DNA from: Felis catus
Lineage: Eukaryota
NCBI RefSeq assembly: GCF_018350175.1
Contig: NC_058368.1
Coordinates: 188,730,001 to 188,794,000 of the forward strand
Reading direction: 5' to 3'
DNA length: 64,000 nt
This document shows, piece by piece, positions 1 to 13,258 of this stretch. Each line of letters begins with the position of its first letter. Position 1 is the stretch's first letter. Both the position numbers and the translations under genes were made by a program. Under the pieces are notes generated by a model that searched no databases, was not told the DNA's origin, and saw only the letters and a list, made by a program, of their open reading frames with translations.

Positions 1-635
1 TACAAACTTCTTTGCATGGGAAAAAGTTCTCTTCCAATTACACAGCAGTTTTGTGGTGGCTGAGGGCTATAATGGGAATGCTTTGCAGCCAAAGCACTCT
101 CATTCATAAATTCCACTGTGCCACTCTCTAATTTTTTTCTTTTGGATAGATCAGTGTGTTGTGGTTCCTTCTACCACAGCTGTGCTAGCAAATGTAAGTA
201 GTTAAATATTGTCATGGCCTTTAAGTCTCTGCAATAGATGGACATGACAGTGTCAATCATGAACAATATATGGTGCAGTAAGTAAAAGTCAGCTGACCCT
301 TCCAATGTCTTCTAGGAAGCTGTCTTTAAAATGAAGTAGAGAAAGACACTGAAGATGAAAGCTGGTTTGTTCTAGTTTATGGATTCCTCTGAAAATAGAT
401 ATTTTATCCAGGTAAAAGGATATATCCTGTGTGTTCATCACACACAACCAGATACATATGCTGAATGTCAACTACTTTGTGTGAGTTTCTATTGTAAATT
501 ATGGGGATTTAAGCTGATTTTTAGAAATATTTCTACATCTGTTTTCGTAGCTTGCATTATTCCTGAGTTCCCTTTTTGGAAGTCTCTAAAATGCAAAAAG
601 AAAATCAAAGCACATATTGTTCAAAGACAAGTAAT

Positions 636-637
<2 letters not shown>

Positions 638-674
<37 letters not shown>

Positions 675-739
675 CACATATATCTCTATATGTATATCTG
701 TATCTATATCTATATCTATATCTATCTATATCTATATAT
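638..739. repeat. (GT)n microsatellite followed by TATC/TATATC-type repeat
   Basis: GT run 638-670, then tatatctctata...tctatatc units to ~739. Confidence 0.95.
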
Positions 740-789
740 AATAGACATAGAATCCATATGTGACACAGACTATTTTAGTATTTATTTAT

Positions 790-1011
790 TTAAAAAAAAT
801 TTTTTTTTCAACGTTTATTTATTTTTGGGACAGAGAGAGACTGAGCATGAACGGGGGAGGGGCAGAGAGAGAGGGAGACACAGAATCGGAAACAGGCTCC
901 AGGCTCTGAGCCATCAGCCCAGAGCCTGACGCGGGGCTTGAACTCACGGACCGCGAGATCATGACCTGGCTGAAGTCGGACGCTTAGTCGACTGCGCCAC
1001 CCAGGCGCCCC
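790..1011 (-). mobile_element. Can-SINE, young felid SINEC_Fc type
   Basis: Reverse strand begins GGGGCGCCTGGGTGGCGCAGTCG, has B-box-like GTTCAAGCCCC, CT-rich body, AATAAA and A tail; CpGs largely retained. Confidence 0.95.
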
Positions 1012-3529
1012 TATTTTTTAAACATAACAAGCATATTCCCTTAAAGCCAGTGTATTGATCCCTTTGGCAGTGATGTAAAAGATTTATGCTTCATTAAAAA
1101 CTTATTCCTCTGGGAATCTATACCTTCTGCTCGCATAGGTATGTATATTGCAGAGAGCGTTAAAAAGTTAACATTTGCCTCCGCATGTGCAGTGTTTGCT
1201 GTGTTTTCACGGCAGCGATGAGGGATGCTGTATAATTTCAGAAGTACTATTAGCTTTTTAAAGCATTGAGGATTGGTCATGTTCAGTTTAAATGACCGTA
1301 GAAATGTGTGAGAATGGGTACCACATCGTGGTAGTGAACTTGTAGATTATAACTCTGCCAGGGATTCGCCTCTGTATTTCCCTTTGAAAAAGATGACTGT
1401 TCCTCTGTAGATATGTAGCACAGAATCTGTTTCTAAACAGCTCCAATAAAATCTGTTTATTGGTGTCTCTTGTCTACATACAACCACCTGTCTAAAAGCA
1501 TAAATTCACATGTATAGAGCGGTCTATTCTCCCCTGCATAAGTATATGTCACCCCCATCGGCATCAATGAAAGCTGTGTGCTTACCAGCAGGAGAATAGA
1601 TTCATATGCTGTGAAAAGGTATGGAATTCTGATTTATGGTCTGTGTTGCTTTTAATGGATATACCTGCAACAGCCATAGAGCTAAAAAACTGTAAGGTGT
1701 TAAAATAAAACATTTTACAGTGCAATATATTGCCTGCTTGTTAGTTAAAAGCACTACCAGGGAGCACATTTTAGCTAAATTTGGTGGTATTAAAAATACA
1801 TGTGGAGTATCCTTGCTTTCTCTTCTGCACTCTTGTGCTCTCTATTTCTCTAAGCATGATTCCCTGCTCAAGGACTTGCTGCCTGTGACCTCTAGGGCAC
1901 TGAGGGTGGACATTCTGCGTCGCTTGAGACAAAACGAAAATGAGAGATTAAAGCAATTCTGAAAGATTTCAAGATAGGCTGCTGCCAACTCACCTTCAGA
2001 AGAAGAAAAAGGAAAAGAAACTAGTTTCTAGAGTCGCCTGTAATCAGGATCATAGATAGCCATTTTGGTAGTGTCCTCAATGGATGTAAAGCAGCTAGTG
2101 CTTTCAGATTCTTCATGCTAGGGCTCAAAAGCCTCTGCAGAAACGTTTATGAAATATTTAAGCATTTCCTCTTTCTGCCTCTCACTCAGCCACAGAGAGA
2201 GCCAGAGAGCAGCATTTTCTGAGCCCAGTGAGGTACCAGTGGGTGACCATAGTTCCTTGGGTTTACAGGCAAGGGTCAGCTTTGTTTTGGTGGATTATAC
2301 TGCAGCCAGTGCCTCCCACTAGGCTCTGAGGGCACCCATGGTCAAAACTACAAGTGCTAACGACAGCACCTGGATCCGTGTCCTTCTGCGTAGGCTTTAA
2401 TTGAGGTGGCCTTTTAAAGAAACTCACGGCACTTTAGAACACGGTTAATACTATGTTTCAGCAGAAAACAATTGCAGGCGTAAAATTTAGGGTTACCTCA
2501 AGCAAATCTTGTGTTTTGTTTTGTCACCCTTTAGAAATACTCCAGGAAATATTTTAAACCTAACCATACGCATCAAGAACCTGTGAGCCTCATTATTAGA
2601 AATGCTGGATTGTGCTCATTCGGTATTTTATGCTTTACACGTTTTACTCTTGGCCCGATTCTTGCTTTTAGGTGAGCATGAATCAAATCCAAAGGGACAT
2701 TTTTAGCTATTCCAAGAGCTCTTGAGAAGGAATAATAGTATGAGTTGGTGTTAAGTTTCATGGTAAAACCGCTTTTAATATTTAAATAATTTTTCTTCTG
2801 AAATGGAGAACTTCAATAAGAAAGTTATTTAATAGCTAAGTTACTTTAGCAACTGGCTTTCCTATTTCTTCCTTAAAATCTGGAATGGTGCTAAAATAAA
2901 ATATAATGTAATATTTAAAATAAATATTCCTAGGACCTGTGAAAATCCCACTTCACAGCATTTGTAGGGAAATGTAATGCATGCAAAAGTATACAGTAGT
3001 TTATATAGTAGTTTTATTTTAACTAGTACAATATAACAACCTGACATGCTGTGAAAAATAAATAACTTTTTGAAAATGCATTTTCCAAGTATGAAAGTAA
3101 TATTGAGAAATGACTGAGGTAATCACTTTTGTATAGATTCTGAAAGTGGAAGAGAGAGGAAGAATAATTTATGGCTTAATGCATAGAGTTATACAAAGGT
3201 GTGAAGGATTTTCTTTTTTGTGGGACCAGGAAGAATGTGCTGTGCCATTTTGCAAAAAGACTCAGGGAACACAGCTGACTTGTGAGTGAATGCTTGCAGA
3301 AATCTTGGCTAACACGTTTATACCACAGACTCTTTGTTTTGGTTTTGGGGTTAGCAGATTGGATTCCTTTTTATTCCTTCATAGGGAGAAAAAAAACTCT
3401 TTTGGCTGTTAAATTCCAATTTTCCAAAGGAAGTAAACATTCCATCTTGGGTTTCTCACACATTCAGATAAACAAACCACTTTGAGTCCCGTAATGTTTA
3501 TAGAAAGGAAATAGCCTCTCTATTTTATA

Positions 3530-3620
3530 TGTGAGGGTCCAGAGATGAGGTGACTTGCCTAAGGTCACACAGCCACTCGGTATCTGAACCAGGATCTCCT
3601 CCTACCCAATCCCATTACCT
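3530..3620 (-). mobile_element. MIR fragment
   Basis: ggtgacttgcctaaggtcacacagc matches reverse complement of MIR core. Confidence 0.7.
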
Positions 3621-5169
3621 GTGCTGCTAGAAGCCTAGTAGTGTCTGAGATTGTCATAGGCAATTCTAGGGGCCCAGGCACCAGGTCAAGGCCAGCACTG
3701 AAAGTATTGCTGACAGTCTTGCGAATATAATTAGGTCCCACAGCCCAAAGCAAACCAAGTATCATGAGACCATTGGCACTACCAAGGAATGGCTGGGGTC
3801 GGGGGTCTTTTTCCCCTCTCTTAGTCTCTATCAGCCCCCTCATCCCCAGGCCTTTTCAAATAAACATACACTCTAAGTAGAAACCATGTTTGCTTGCTAT
3901 GGAGCTTAGCTGCTAGACAACTTTGCAAAGTCTTCTCACCCTATAATAATCATGCCTTAAATTCCTTTTCTATGGATGTTCTAGAGCTACCACTGCATTC
4001 GATTTTAGGTATTTTGGCCTTGAGTCTTGATTATCTTTCACTGGCATGATTAGCTAGGTCCATCTTGATTGAAGAATATATATATATATACAAAGTTATT
4101 TTCATTGGCTGTAAATATCTGGGCTATTATTTAAGTGGTAGGTAGAGAAGATGAGGATGGGCGGATTTCCCTCCTCATTTCTCTCCACTGCTTCCCAGAT
4201 GGTTTGACTTTTTGCCATGAGGTTTGTAGGTCAAAGGAAGAAGAAGGTGAGTCTACCTTTCTGTCTACCAAAAGGGAAAGATAGAGCCAGTGGGTCATGA
4301 GCTAAGAGAGAAAGGACTGCTCAGATAAGAAAAGATCATGAATTCCTAGGATAGCAAGAAGCAATGAAGGATGAGGAGAAAAATCAAGATATTCTCTTAC
4401 TACAGTTTCCAAGAATTATGGTTAGTCCTTCAAACATAGCCTTGACAGTCAGTAGATCTTATCACTCCAGCATTGCCCATGAGTCTAGGTTAAGGCATTT
4501 GTGCAGAAACAGTCTTTGCAAATGGAGTTGGACCTCAGTCCTATTTTGTTGTCTCTAAGTATGTCTGATGTGGCAGGTGGGAAGGTGACAGTGATCCTTG
4601 TTGCAATGGAAACTTAGAGGGGACTCAGGGGTGAATTTATCTTCCTCTCAGAAGCAAGATGTCTGGAAATGCTGACCCATCCCTGATGAGATGATGGAGC
4701 AGTTGAAGGGCAACTCTGGAATCCTTCTCATACCCCACTGTCCTTCTCCTTTCCTGCATTATAAACTCAATCTCTTGTTCTGCACACGTGAAGCCAGGGC
4801 TCCTCAGGGCCCAAGTGTCCACTCACTGGGGCAAGGTGCTAAGAATAGAATGAGATAGTTTCATGTTCTCCACCATTGGATGGGGAAGGGAGAGAAGAAG
4901 AAAACTTCCATTTTAGGTCTTTGGGTAGATTAACCCAAGGACTGAATGTTTAATGGGAACATTCAAGGTTGTCTAAACCCAAGAGAGACAGAGATTTTGA
5001 GAAGCGAGTGGTTATCACAATACTTTTGTGTATGTGTGAAACCAGGAGGGGTGATAACGTGAAAGGTAAATTCTGATCACCCGTATCCTTCAGTCCCCCA
5101 TTCATAAAATGAGGCTGAAAAATTACTTCTTACCTACCCACGGAAAACATCTTGGGATCTGATTAAATA

Positions 5170-5360
5170 ATAATGGTAGTCAACATTACTTATTACATGC
5201 AAGACTATTGTGGTCATCCTTAGGTAGAGATTGGGGAAATTGAAACTCAAAGAAGCAGAGTGACTTATACAAAGTCTGCAACTAGTTAGTAAAAAATCTG
5301 GGATTTATATCGAGGTAGTTTAACCTCAGAGTCTATATATTAAACCACTATTCTATATAT
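5170..5360 (-). mobile_element. MIR fragment
   Basis: gggaaattgaaactcaaagaagcagagtgacttatacaaagtc...ttaaaccacta resembles reverse MIR. Confidence 0.6.
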
Positions 5361-6219
5361 ATAGCATCCTTCAAATGTGGTCTAAGATTCTTCACTCCTT
5401 TGATTTATAGCATCAAATTGCTGTTGATAATTTAACCTTTGGTATTGTTTAATACCCAGAGCTGCCAACTTAAATGGAGAGTTCTGAGTTGGAACTCTCA
5501 ATTTCTTCCTGGCATTTATGTTTCATCTACTTTGGTGGTTTTCACTGATAACAGCAGGAGCAAAGCTGAAAAATTTTTGGTGATTTAGGAATTTTCCCTT
5601 TCTCATAGGCACTCGTTGATGGTTGATAGGCCTTTGTATTTATTGCTCCCTTGATGAAACAGTGTCCTAAACTCAGCTGGCTTGGTTCTCTCAGGCTCTG
5701 TCTCTGTCTGTTTGATGGCTTCAGTGAGCCAATAATATAATTAAGTGACAAAAATAGAAAATACCTAAGGCTTCTGGTTTGTTTTTAATTTTCCAGTAGG
5801 AAATATCCTCACTCCTTGATGTTCTCTTGAATGTTTCCGAAAGAGCTCCATGTTGAGCCGGGTTTTATTGAGTGGCCTTTGTTTTTATGAGGGAAAATAT
5901 GGGGGGTAGGGCATTGTCCTGAGTGGACCAGGTAGGTAGGAACCATAGGGCGGGAGGATTATGAGCTTTGCTCTTGGTTTTTATTACCTGGAGCTCCATC
6001 ATGAGTCTCAGGGTGGATTGAAATCCTATATTGAGGCCAAAAGTGAAAGGAAAACCAGGACAAAGAAATCCGCAGGGCAAGGGGTGGGGCTTGCTTAGCA
6101 AGAGCGATGGAAAACAACGACAATGAAGTAGCTTGTAGCTTGCCGCCTAATATGTGTAAAGCGTTGGTACAGGCAAGATGGAGTTAATTCAATAAAATAA
6201 ATATAAAATACTCTCTCCT

Positions 6220-6900
6220 CTGTCAGGCTGCGCTGGAAGCGGGTCAGAGGTCACTGAGCCGCTTCACTGGAGCACTAATCGATTTGCTGTCAAGGTGGCC
6301 TGCTGGGGTTTCAAGCTGGAGAGGAATTGAGAGGCGCTCTGGCCCAATTTCCATAATTGCTCACTGCCTTTAGTGTACAACCTTTTATGAAACACAAAAA
6401 ATATATCATGGAATTGTATTGATTAGCCATTGGGCTGAATAATTCACTTAGTATTTATTACCTGACCCCAAGAGGTTAAATAAATCCACTATCTAACTTG
6501 GGTTTGTGAGAAATATTACTTATTCATTGAAATGTGGGCTGATTATTGCACAATAGGCCTGTATCTTTGTTTCTTGATTTTGCAAATGAGGTTAAGCCTT
6601 CTTGCATTTTGGGGCCAATAAGTCAGAAAAAAAAACATTGTTTGAGTGCTCCCCAAAATAAGCCCAATAAAATTACTGCTGAACATCATTTTGAAGCAAT
6701 TTTTTGATCTGAATTAAATCATTTGAATCAAGTTTCAAATGGCCCCAAACTTTATGGATGGCGATGAAATATAGACACAAACCTGATTTTCATTGCAAAC
6801 ACTGCATTTTATAATAGACTTACTAATGGTGAGATCTAAGCCCAGTTTTATTACAGCATTTTTGGAAGCTTATCCTGTTTTACTAAATTATCTTAAATTT
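6220..6900. promoter_or_regulatory. Candidate enhancer / conserved non-coding element
   Basis: Repeat-free island dense in TAAT/ATTA, TTTATG, CCAATAAA and TGTCA motifs; inference from composition only. Confidence 0.3.
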
Positions 6901-8431
6901 AGGGTCCCAGGAAACAAAGGAGTATGGGGAGTGGGTAGGTAGGAAGAAGACTCTGTCTTGAAAATGAATTAACCATGCCCAGATGACTGATAGTCATTCC
7001 ACAAGAGATGATTTCAGATAACTTGAAAATATGATGGAATTTAATCCAAAGGGCATTTTTTTGAACGTGTAAACATTGGGGCAGTCATTAACTATTTACA
7101 GGTGTTTGTGTATTTCTTTTACTCTGAGTAAACAATAAATCCATTTTGATGTGCTATACATCCCAGTCACAAGTACATGACATCCAGATTTAATTATGTT
7201 ATCGGTTGCCATAAGCTCTAACTGTCAAGCAAGATGCAACCTTTCCTTGCCACAGCCCTCCCTCCAAAAGAGATGTTTTTAACTTTTGTGTAAAGTCTTT
7301 CTTCAGTTTCCTGTCCGCATCCTCCAGCATCACAAAGCATTGTTTCTGAAGTTTAATGGAATTTGTTGTGGGTCAAGAAAAGGAAGCCATGTGAAGCTTT
7401 TGTTTTTTCTCTCCCTTCAATGAAAGGGAAAGGAAAAAAAAATTCATTTGAATTCAGTGCTAACTTTATGTTTGTTGATCCTTTAACATTTCTGTATCCA
7501 GGATCTAATCTTACGATTAATGGTAGGAAAAGCCAGGGCTCTGGTGTTATACTCAGAATCTGCCTTTCCTGTGCTGTGGAGTGGAAGGAAGAGAGAGCTG
7601 CAAAGCCGGGGTAACTGTGCACAGAACTTCCTAAAGCGTGTTCAGGTGTGCCCCACTTCCTGTCTTCCATGTGGCTGCTCATGTGAATTTGGGCATCGCA
7701 TCTAATTTTTGCTTTCCATATTAAAATGATGTGTTGATTACCGCTTTGGGAATTTTTAAGTTCGAGTTTTGGTATTTCATCTCTATATTTAGTTTGGGGG
7801 TGGGGCGGATATGGGAGGGTGGAGAAAGTAGGGGAGGGAAAGAGAGAGGGAATAGAATATTTGACTTTTTTTTCTGTGATATTTTAAGTCTAGCTTTCTT
7901 TTTCCTCCCTTCTGTCTGTGTGGGGCTCAGTTAAATGGAGAACATAGTTAACGAAATGACTTGAGAGCTCTTGATAGCCTCTTGAGATAATTTGGTTGTA
8001 AGCACTGAGCAAAATGCATTCTCTGGATGTACTCATTCCAAGTGCTAATTGTGAAAGCTAAATTTTTAAGGAAGCCAATGTCATAATACTGTTCATGGCA
8101 ATTCCAAAGTAAATATTAGTGAGACACTTTAAAAGGACGGAGTGGTGTAAGAGAGATAGAGAGACAGACAGTTTTTCTTGCCATGAGATTCTTTCGTAAT
8201 TTAACACGGGCTCTGCTGTAAGGCGTGGGACTTGCCTACGTTCAAGAATAATAATGTATAGATAAGAGAACTGTTGAAGAAGTGAGAAATATCCCTTTGT
8301 TTTATGCCAGCTTTATGTAATAGTCCAAGAAAACTAGATAAGAGCTGATCGAGAAGCAGTGCTATCTATGTCTTGGTTTCTAAATATAGCTGTTTTGGGT
8401 GGAGGAGGGGACTTTATTCCTACGATGTAAG

Positions 8432-8650
8432 TATAATGAAAAGAGGCTGGACTTTGGAATCAGATGGTGCTGGAGTTGAATTCTGTCTGGCTACCACTTG
8501 GACCTGAGCAAGTTGATTAATTCATCTCATTTCTTTAATTTGTACAGCGGGGGTAATGGTACCTGTCTTTGTAGGGTTGTGGATAGAGGGAGGCCTGAGA
8601 GGATTCTGGCACATAATGTATAAATGTGCAGTAGTTGTAGTATTATTATG
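8432..8650 (+). mobile_element. MIR
   Basis: ggactttggaatcaga...gagcaagtt...ggtaatggtacct...tggcacata follows MIR consensus order. Confidence 0.7.
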
Positions 8651-10146
8651 ATTCAGAAAATGAAGCAGGGGTACTTGTTAGAACCCATTGGTGTCACCTG
8701 GTCGTTTTAGGACCGGTCGCGGTGGAGATTCTAAACCGAAAACAGTCCACATATTCCAGAGCATCCCACAGTATATTCACCAGAAAACCTAAAAAAGGAA
8801 TACACAGTTCAACATTGAAAAAACATTTTTTTTTAACCATTAAAATTCCTTCAAAGAAGGGAGAACTATGGCAGATTTTCAACTACCCCCACAAATATGG
8901 CGGTTTTGTTTTTTATTTTAACTAAAAGTGGCCAAGATTTCCCAACTGTTCTATTTTTACAAATTTAAAAGTTTCATCGCTGGGTCAGATTTAGGGCCTG
9001 TGTGGGAAACGGAGACCTCTGCCAGCAGCACAGCAAGATTCCTGCTGTGTTGTGGTTTCCATGTATTTTTACATTCCATGCATTGCTGAACTGTGTATAG
9101 AAGGGAGCTCTAAATCACCGGTGCTTTATGCGAGTTTGCAACCTTTTGATTCAGGCTTCAGAGTTAATGCATTATTTTAAAACGAGATGGTCCGCTCGTG
9201 AGTCCAGCACAGATTTGGCCTCCTCCCCTTCTCCCTGCCCCACCCTTCGCTTCCCCAGTGGAGGTCGAAGGTAAACTTTATATAGCACAGGAAACATTTG
9301 GGACTGCTAATAAACAAATGCTAGACACGTTGAAGCTTTAATTGTTGGGTGTGCATACGCACTCAAGAGCACGAAAGTAAGCCTGGGTGACGTGGCAGAG
9401 GGGAGGGGGGAGTTACTGCTTTCCGCAAAGGTACAGATTTCTTAAGGACGAATTCTGTGTCTTAGTGGACTCCAGGCCTGTATTGTGGGAGAGTTCTACT
9501 TTATAGTCCCTTCCCAGCCGGGGGTCCTCAGCTATCTGTTCCTGAAGCTCCAGCCCTTGATCCGTGCCTGCTTCCTCAGGGGCCTCCCGGCTGGTCTCCT
9601 GGGCCCTACTTCTCACCCCTCCTCGCTGCCACGGCCAGTTCTCTGTGCACACGACAGCCATGTTGGTCTCCATGAAGCCTAGTTTTGAACATCACTTTCA
9701 CTCACAGGTGTTTGCTGGAGCATTCTGCCTCCCGAGTAAAGCCTAAATTATTTGGCTTGTGGGCTCAAACCACCTTTTTAGCCTCATATTCCTTGAATAT
9801 CCCTCAGGTGCCTCATGCTTCTGTGACCCAGACTTCTTCCTTTCCCCAGACACATTCTGTGTTTTCCCATCTCCAAGTTCTGACTTCCCTTCTTCCTTCT
9901 GCCTAGCTACCTTTCCCACCTGGTCCTTCTTCATGGGGCCTTCTTTTAGCCCGGCCAGAAGGAATCCCTCCTGCCTCTTTCTGCTGCTTTAGTTATAGTT
10001 GGATTTTCATTAAAAAAAAAAAAAAAGTCTATTTAACCAATATTTATGGAGCATCTCTTCTATGCCAGCCCCTTTACTTGATGCTGAGGCACAGAGATAA
10101 ATAATAATTCATGGGCCCCCAGCCATCAAGGTTATTTTTAAACACC

Positions 10147-10368
10147 TTTTTTTTTTTTAGTGTTTATTTGTTTTTGAAGGAGAGAGAGAGAGAGAGACAG
10201 AGCATGAGCGGGGGAGGGGTAGAGAGAGAGGGAGACACAGAATCTGAAGCAAGCTCCAGGCTCTGAGCTGTCAGCACAGAGCCTGATGTGGGGCTTGAAC
10301 TCATGAACCGTGGGATCATGACCTGAGACGAAGTCAGATGCCCAACCTACTGAGCCACCCAGGCGCCA
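10147..10368 (-). mobile_element. Can-SINE (SINEC_Fc2-like)
   Basis: Ends gagccacccaggcgcc on + strand; GA-rich body and poly-T; flanked by imperfect aaacac(c)tttt TSD. Confidence 0.93.
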
Positions 10369-10379
10369 CAAAACACTTT

Positions 10380-11560
10380 TTTTCTTATTAAGTTATAAGA
10401 GTAATTTAACTACATTACAGAAAACTTGGGATACAAAAAAAAGAAAAGAAAAGAAAACCCCACAGTCCAACCATACTTACCATATTGCATTTTTAATTCA
10501 TCTGCACTTTAAAAAAGTTATGATGGTATAGTTATAATAGTGTATTGTTTTAAATTCCAATTATATATGTATGATTCTGATATTATCATATATATTTGTA
10601 TAAAATTTTCCATATCTTTAAATAGCCCATATTTAGTGGATAATAAATTATTTTCCTACTTGTTTGAGTTTTTTTCATTTTTCACTATTATAAATAATAC
10701 CAATGAACACATTCATATTTATAATTATTTTATAATTTGGATTATGATTTTTAAAGACTAGCTTTTTAAAAAAATGTTTATTTAGTTTTGGAAGAGAGAG
10801 ACAGAGAGACAGAGTGCAAGTGGGGGAGGGGCAGAGAGAGAGGGAGACACAGAATTAGAAGCAGGCTCCAGACTCTAAGCTGTCAGCACAGAGCCTGATG
10901 CAGGGCTTGAACTCACAAACCGTGAGATCATGACCTGAGCCAAAGTTGGACACTTAACTGACTGAGGCACCCAGGCACCCCAAGGACTAGCTTTAAAAAA
11001 AAATATCAGAACTGCCTTTTTAAGTGAACTCTGTTATATAAAGAGCCTGAGTATATAAAATAGACCATGCTGGTTGTCATGGGGTAGAGTATCTAAACCC
11101 CTTCTTCCCCTTTCATAACCACCAGAGGCCTTGAGGCTCGTCTGCAGAACTCAAGGGCTTTGTAGAAAATACTTTGAAAGCCTTGTGACAAATCTCAGAA
11201 GAAGAATTACTTTTTCAGGCATTATAAATATTTTCATGGCTCTCAATATGTAATGTCAAATGGTTTTCCAACAACTTGAGTTCCCTGTGCTCAAGTCTAT
11301 TGATTGTGTACCACTTTCTCTACATTTTTGCCAACATTATTATCACTAAATTTACTTTTTCCTAATTCAATACATGAAAGTGGGGCTTAAGTGTATATGT
11401 CTCCTATTACTAGTGTGGTTGGGCATTCTTCCATGTGTGCATTTGTTACATGTCCTTCTTTGTGACTTCTATAGTTCCTTCTCATTGAGAATCTCTTTAT
11501 TTGACTCTTAGTATTTTATAATAAGTTTGTTTAAATATTTATATAATAAAGGTAATAGTT
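10380..11560 (-). mobile_element. Ancient L1M-type remnant interrupted by a SINE
   Basis: AT-rich motifs typical of old L1 3' regions (ttttcactattataaataatac, tttttgccaaca, cctattactagtgtggttgggcattcttccatgtg); degenerate. Confidence 0.45.
10766..10981 (-). mobile_element. Can-SINE (SINEC_Fc2-like)
   Basis: Full head-to-tail structure; TSD gactagcttt at 10756-10765 and 10985-10994. Confidence 0.93.
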
Positions 11561-11869
11561 ATCAAAAGATAACATCTTATGCATATTTTAGGGTTGGAAA
11601 ACCCATATGATTGATTCTTCCATTTTGTTTGTAAAAACCAATACCTAAGATTTCATTCCTATAAAACTTTGGCTAAGCGCATTGTGGTAAAGGAGGCTTT
11701 GTGTTCTCTGTGTCAACTGACATTGAGTCAGTCTCAGAGGTTCTGAAAATGCTAGCTGGGTGGATAAAGTTACTATCACAACTGATTACTATTTTCTGTA
11801 CTTGGTCCTCATCATGTCCCTGTTTGGGCTCTGGTCTCTACCTCCTCCACTCTCCCTATTGCCCTGGGC

Positions 11870-12335
11870 TGCTTCCCCCACATTCCAGCCTCCCTGGTCT
11901 TCTTCTGACATGCCAAACCCATTCATGCCTTGAGAACTGGGTGTTTCTTCTTTCTGGAAATTTTCTTGCAGAACATTCATGGCAACTTCTTTCTTGCTTT
12001 TCAGCTCAAATGTCACCTTCTCAGAGAAACCTTTCTTGGTCACTTTTTCTCTGACACTCCCTTTCATCCTTGCATCCAATCCACACTCCATTCACCCTTT
12101 AACAAATGTTTATTAATCCATATTACTTTACTTGGCTTCGGGGATATGGTAGCAAACAAAACAGATGAGGCCCTGGTCTTACTGAAATATCTTATTTGCT
12201 TCCTTGTTAATGGTATGATTCTCTCACTTCCACCCACAAGATGATAATTCTATGTGAACAGGTACTTTATTCTTCTTGTTCACTATTACCTTCCAGCCCT
12301 GTGTACACTAAATAAATATTTGATGAATGAATAAT
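11870..12335 (+). mobile_element. L2 3' remnant containing an opposite-strand L2 piece (~12085-12190)
   Basis: tcagctcaaatgtcaccttctcagagaaacctt and terminal taaataaatatttgatgaatgaat are L2 hallmarks. Confidence 0.7.
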
Positions 12336-13029
12336 TCCCCCCCACCCCCATTATTGGACCATTTCAATGGCTTGGAGTGTTGATGGCATCTTTTTAGAAG
12401 CTTAAATTTTCTTTGCCTAGCAGTCCATTTTAATTGGTCTCTCTCTCTCTCTCTCTCTCTACCTTGTCACTAAATTCCTAGATAGAATGAAATGAAGTAT
12501 TGTTCTTTCTTTCCTCCATCTCCACCCCAAGTCTTCCTGTTCCCATCCTGCCACCCACTAGGCTTGGCCCAGAGGACGTGTTCTTCTTTTAGTGCATGAG
12601 CCCGGCTCCCATTAGTGTTAATGAGGATGATCCTCTCTCATCTAGAGCCTGCTGGGATTTTTCAAGCACTATCCACATGTTTAAAATAGAGACACTTCAG
12701 AAAGTAGGAAGCAGTTGCACAAAGCTCTAGCTTCAACCTGCTTTTAATAATAGAAACCCTTATTTGCCAAGTTCATGTCAGTTTTTCCCTTGCAACATTT
12801 ATTTGGAAAAGGAATGGGCTGAAGTTTATTCTTCCAAAAGAGAGTAAATGAAAAATCCATATGAGCTAGGGAAATCCTGGGCATGACCACCTTGACAGTA
12901 CTTTGTGCAACTCAAGAGCTACAAAGATCTATGCAAGATGCGGCAGTGTTCTACCCTGCTAACCAACTATTGTGTGAGGTCTGGAAAATTAAGACTAGAG
13001 GAGGAAGAGCTGGAATCAGAATGTCCTTG

Positions 13030-13258
13030 TTTCAATTCAGTGGTTCTCAAATGCTAGCTGCATGCTAAGCATGATGCTGAGTAATCTGATTAAGACGTGG
13101 ACTGTGCTCTCACAGAGCTAATGTTTGGGGACAGTGCTGAGGATCACCTGTGTCAGAATCACTTGGGTCAAATGAAGTTTCCCAAGCCCATGCCAGAATC
13201 AGAACTTCTGGGACTAGGTGACTGAGAATTTACATTTTCAACAAGTTCCCATAGATTT
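13030..13258. mobile_element. MER5-type hAT MITE remnant
   Basis: cagtggttctcaaa TIR-like start, agaatcacttgg, gaatcagaacttctggg, cattttcaacaagttccc. Confidence 0.55.
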
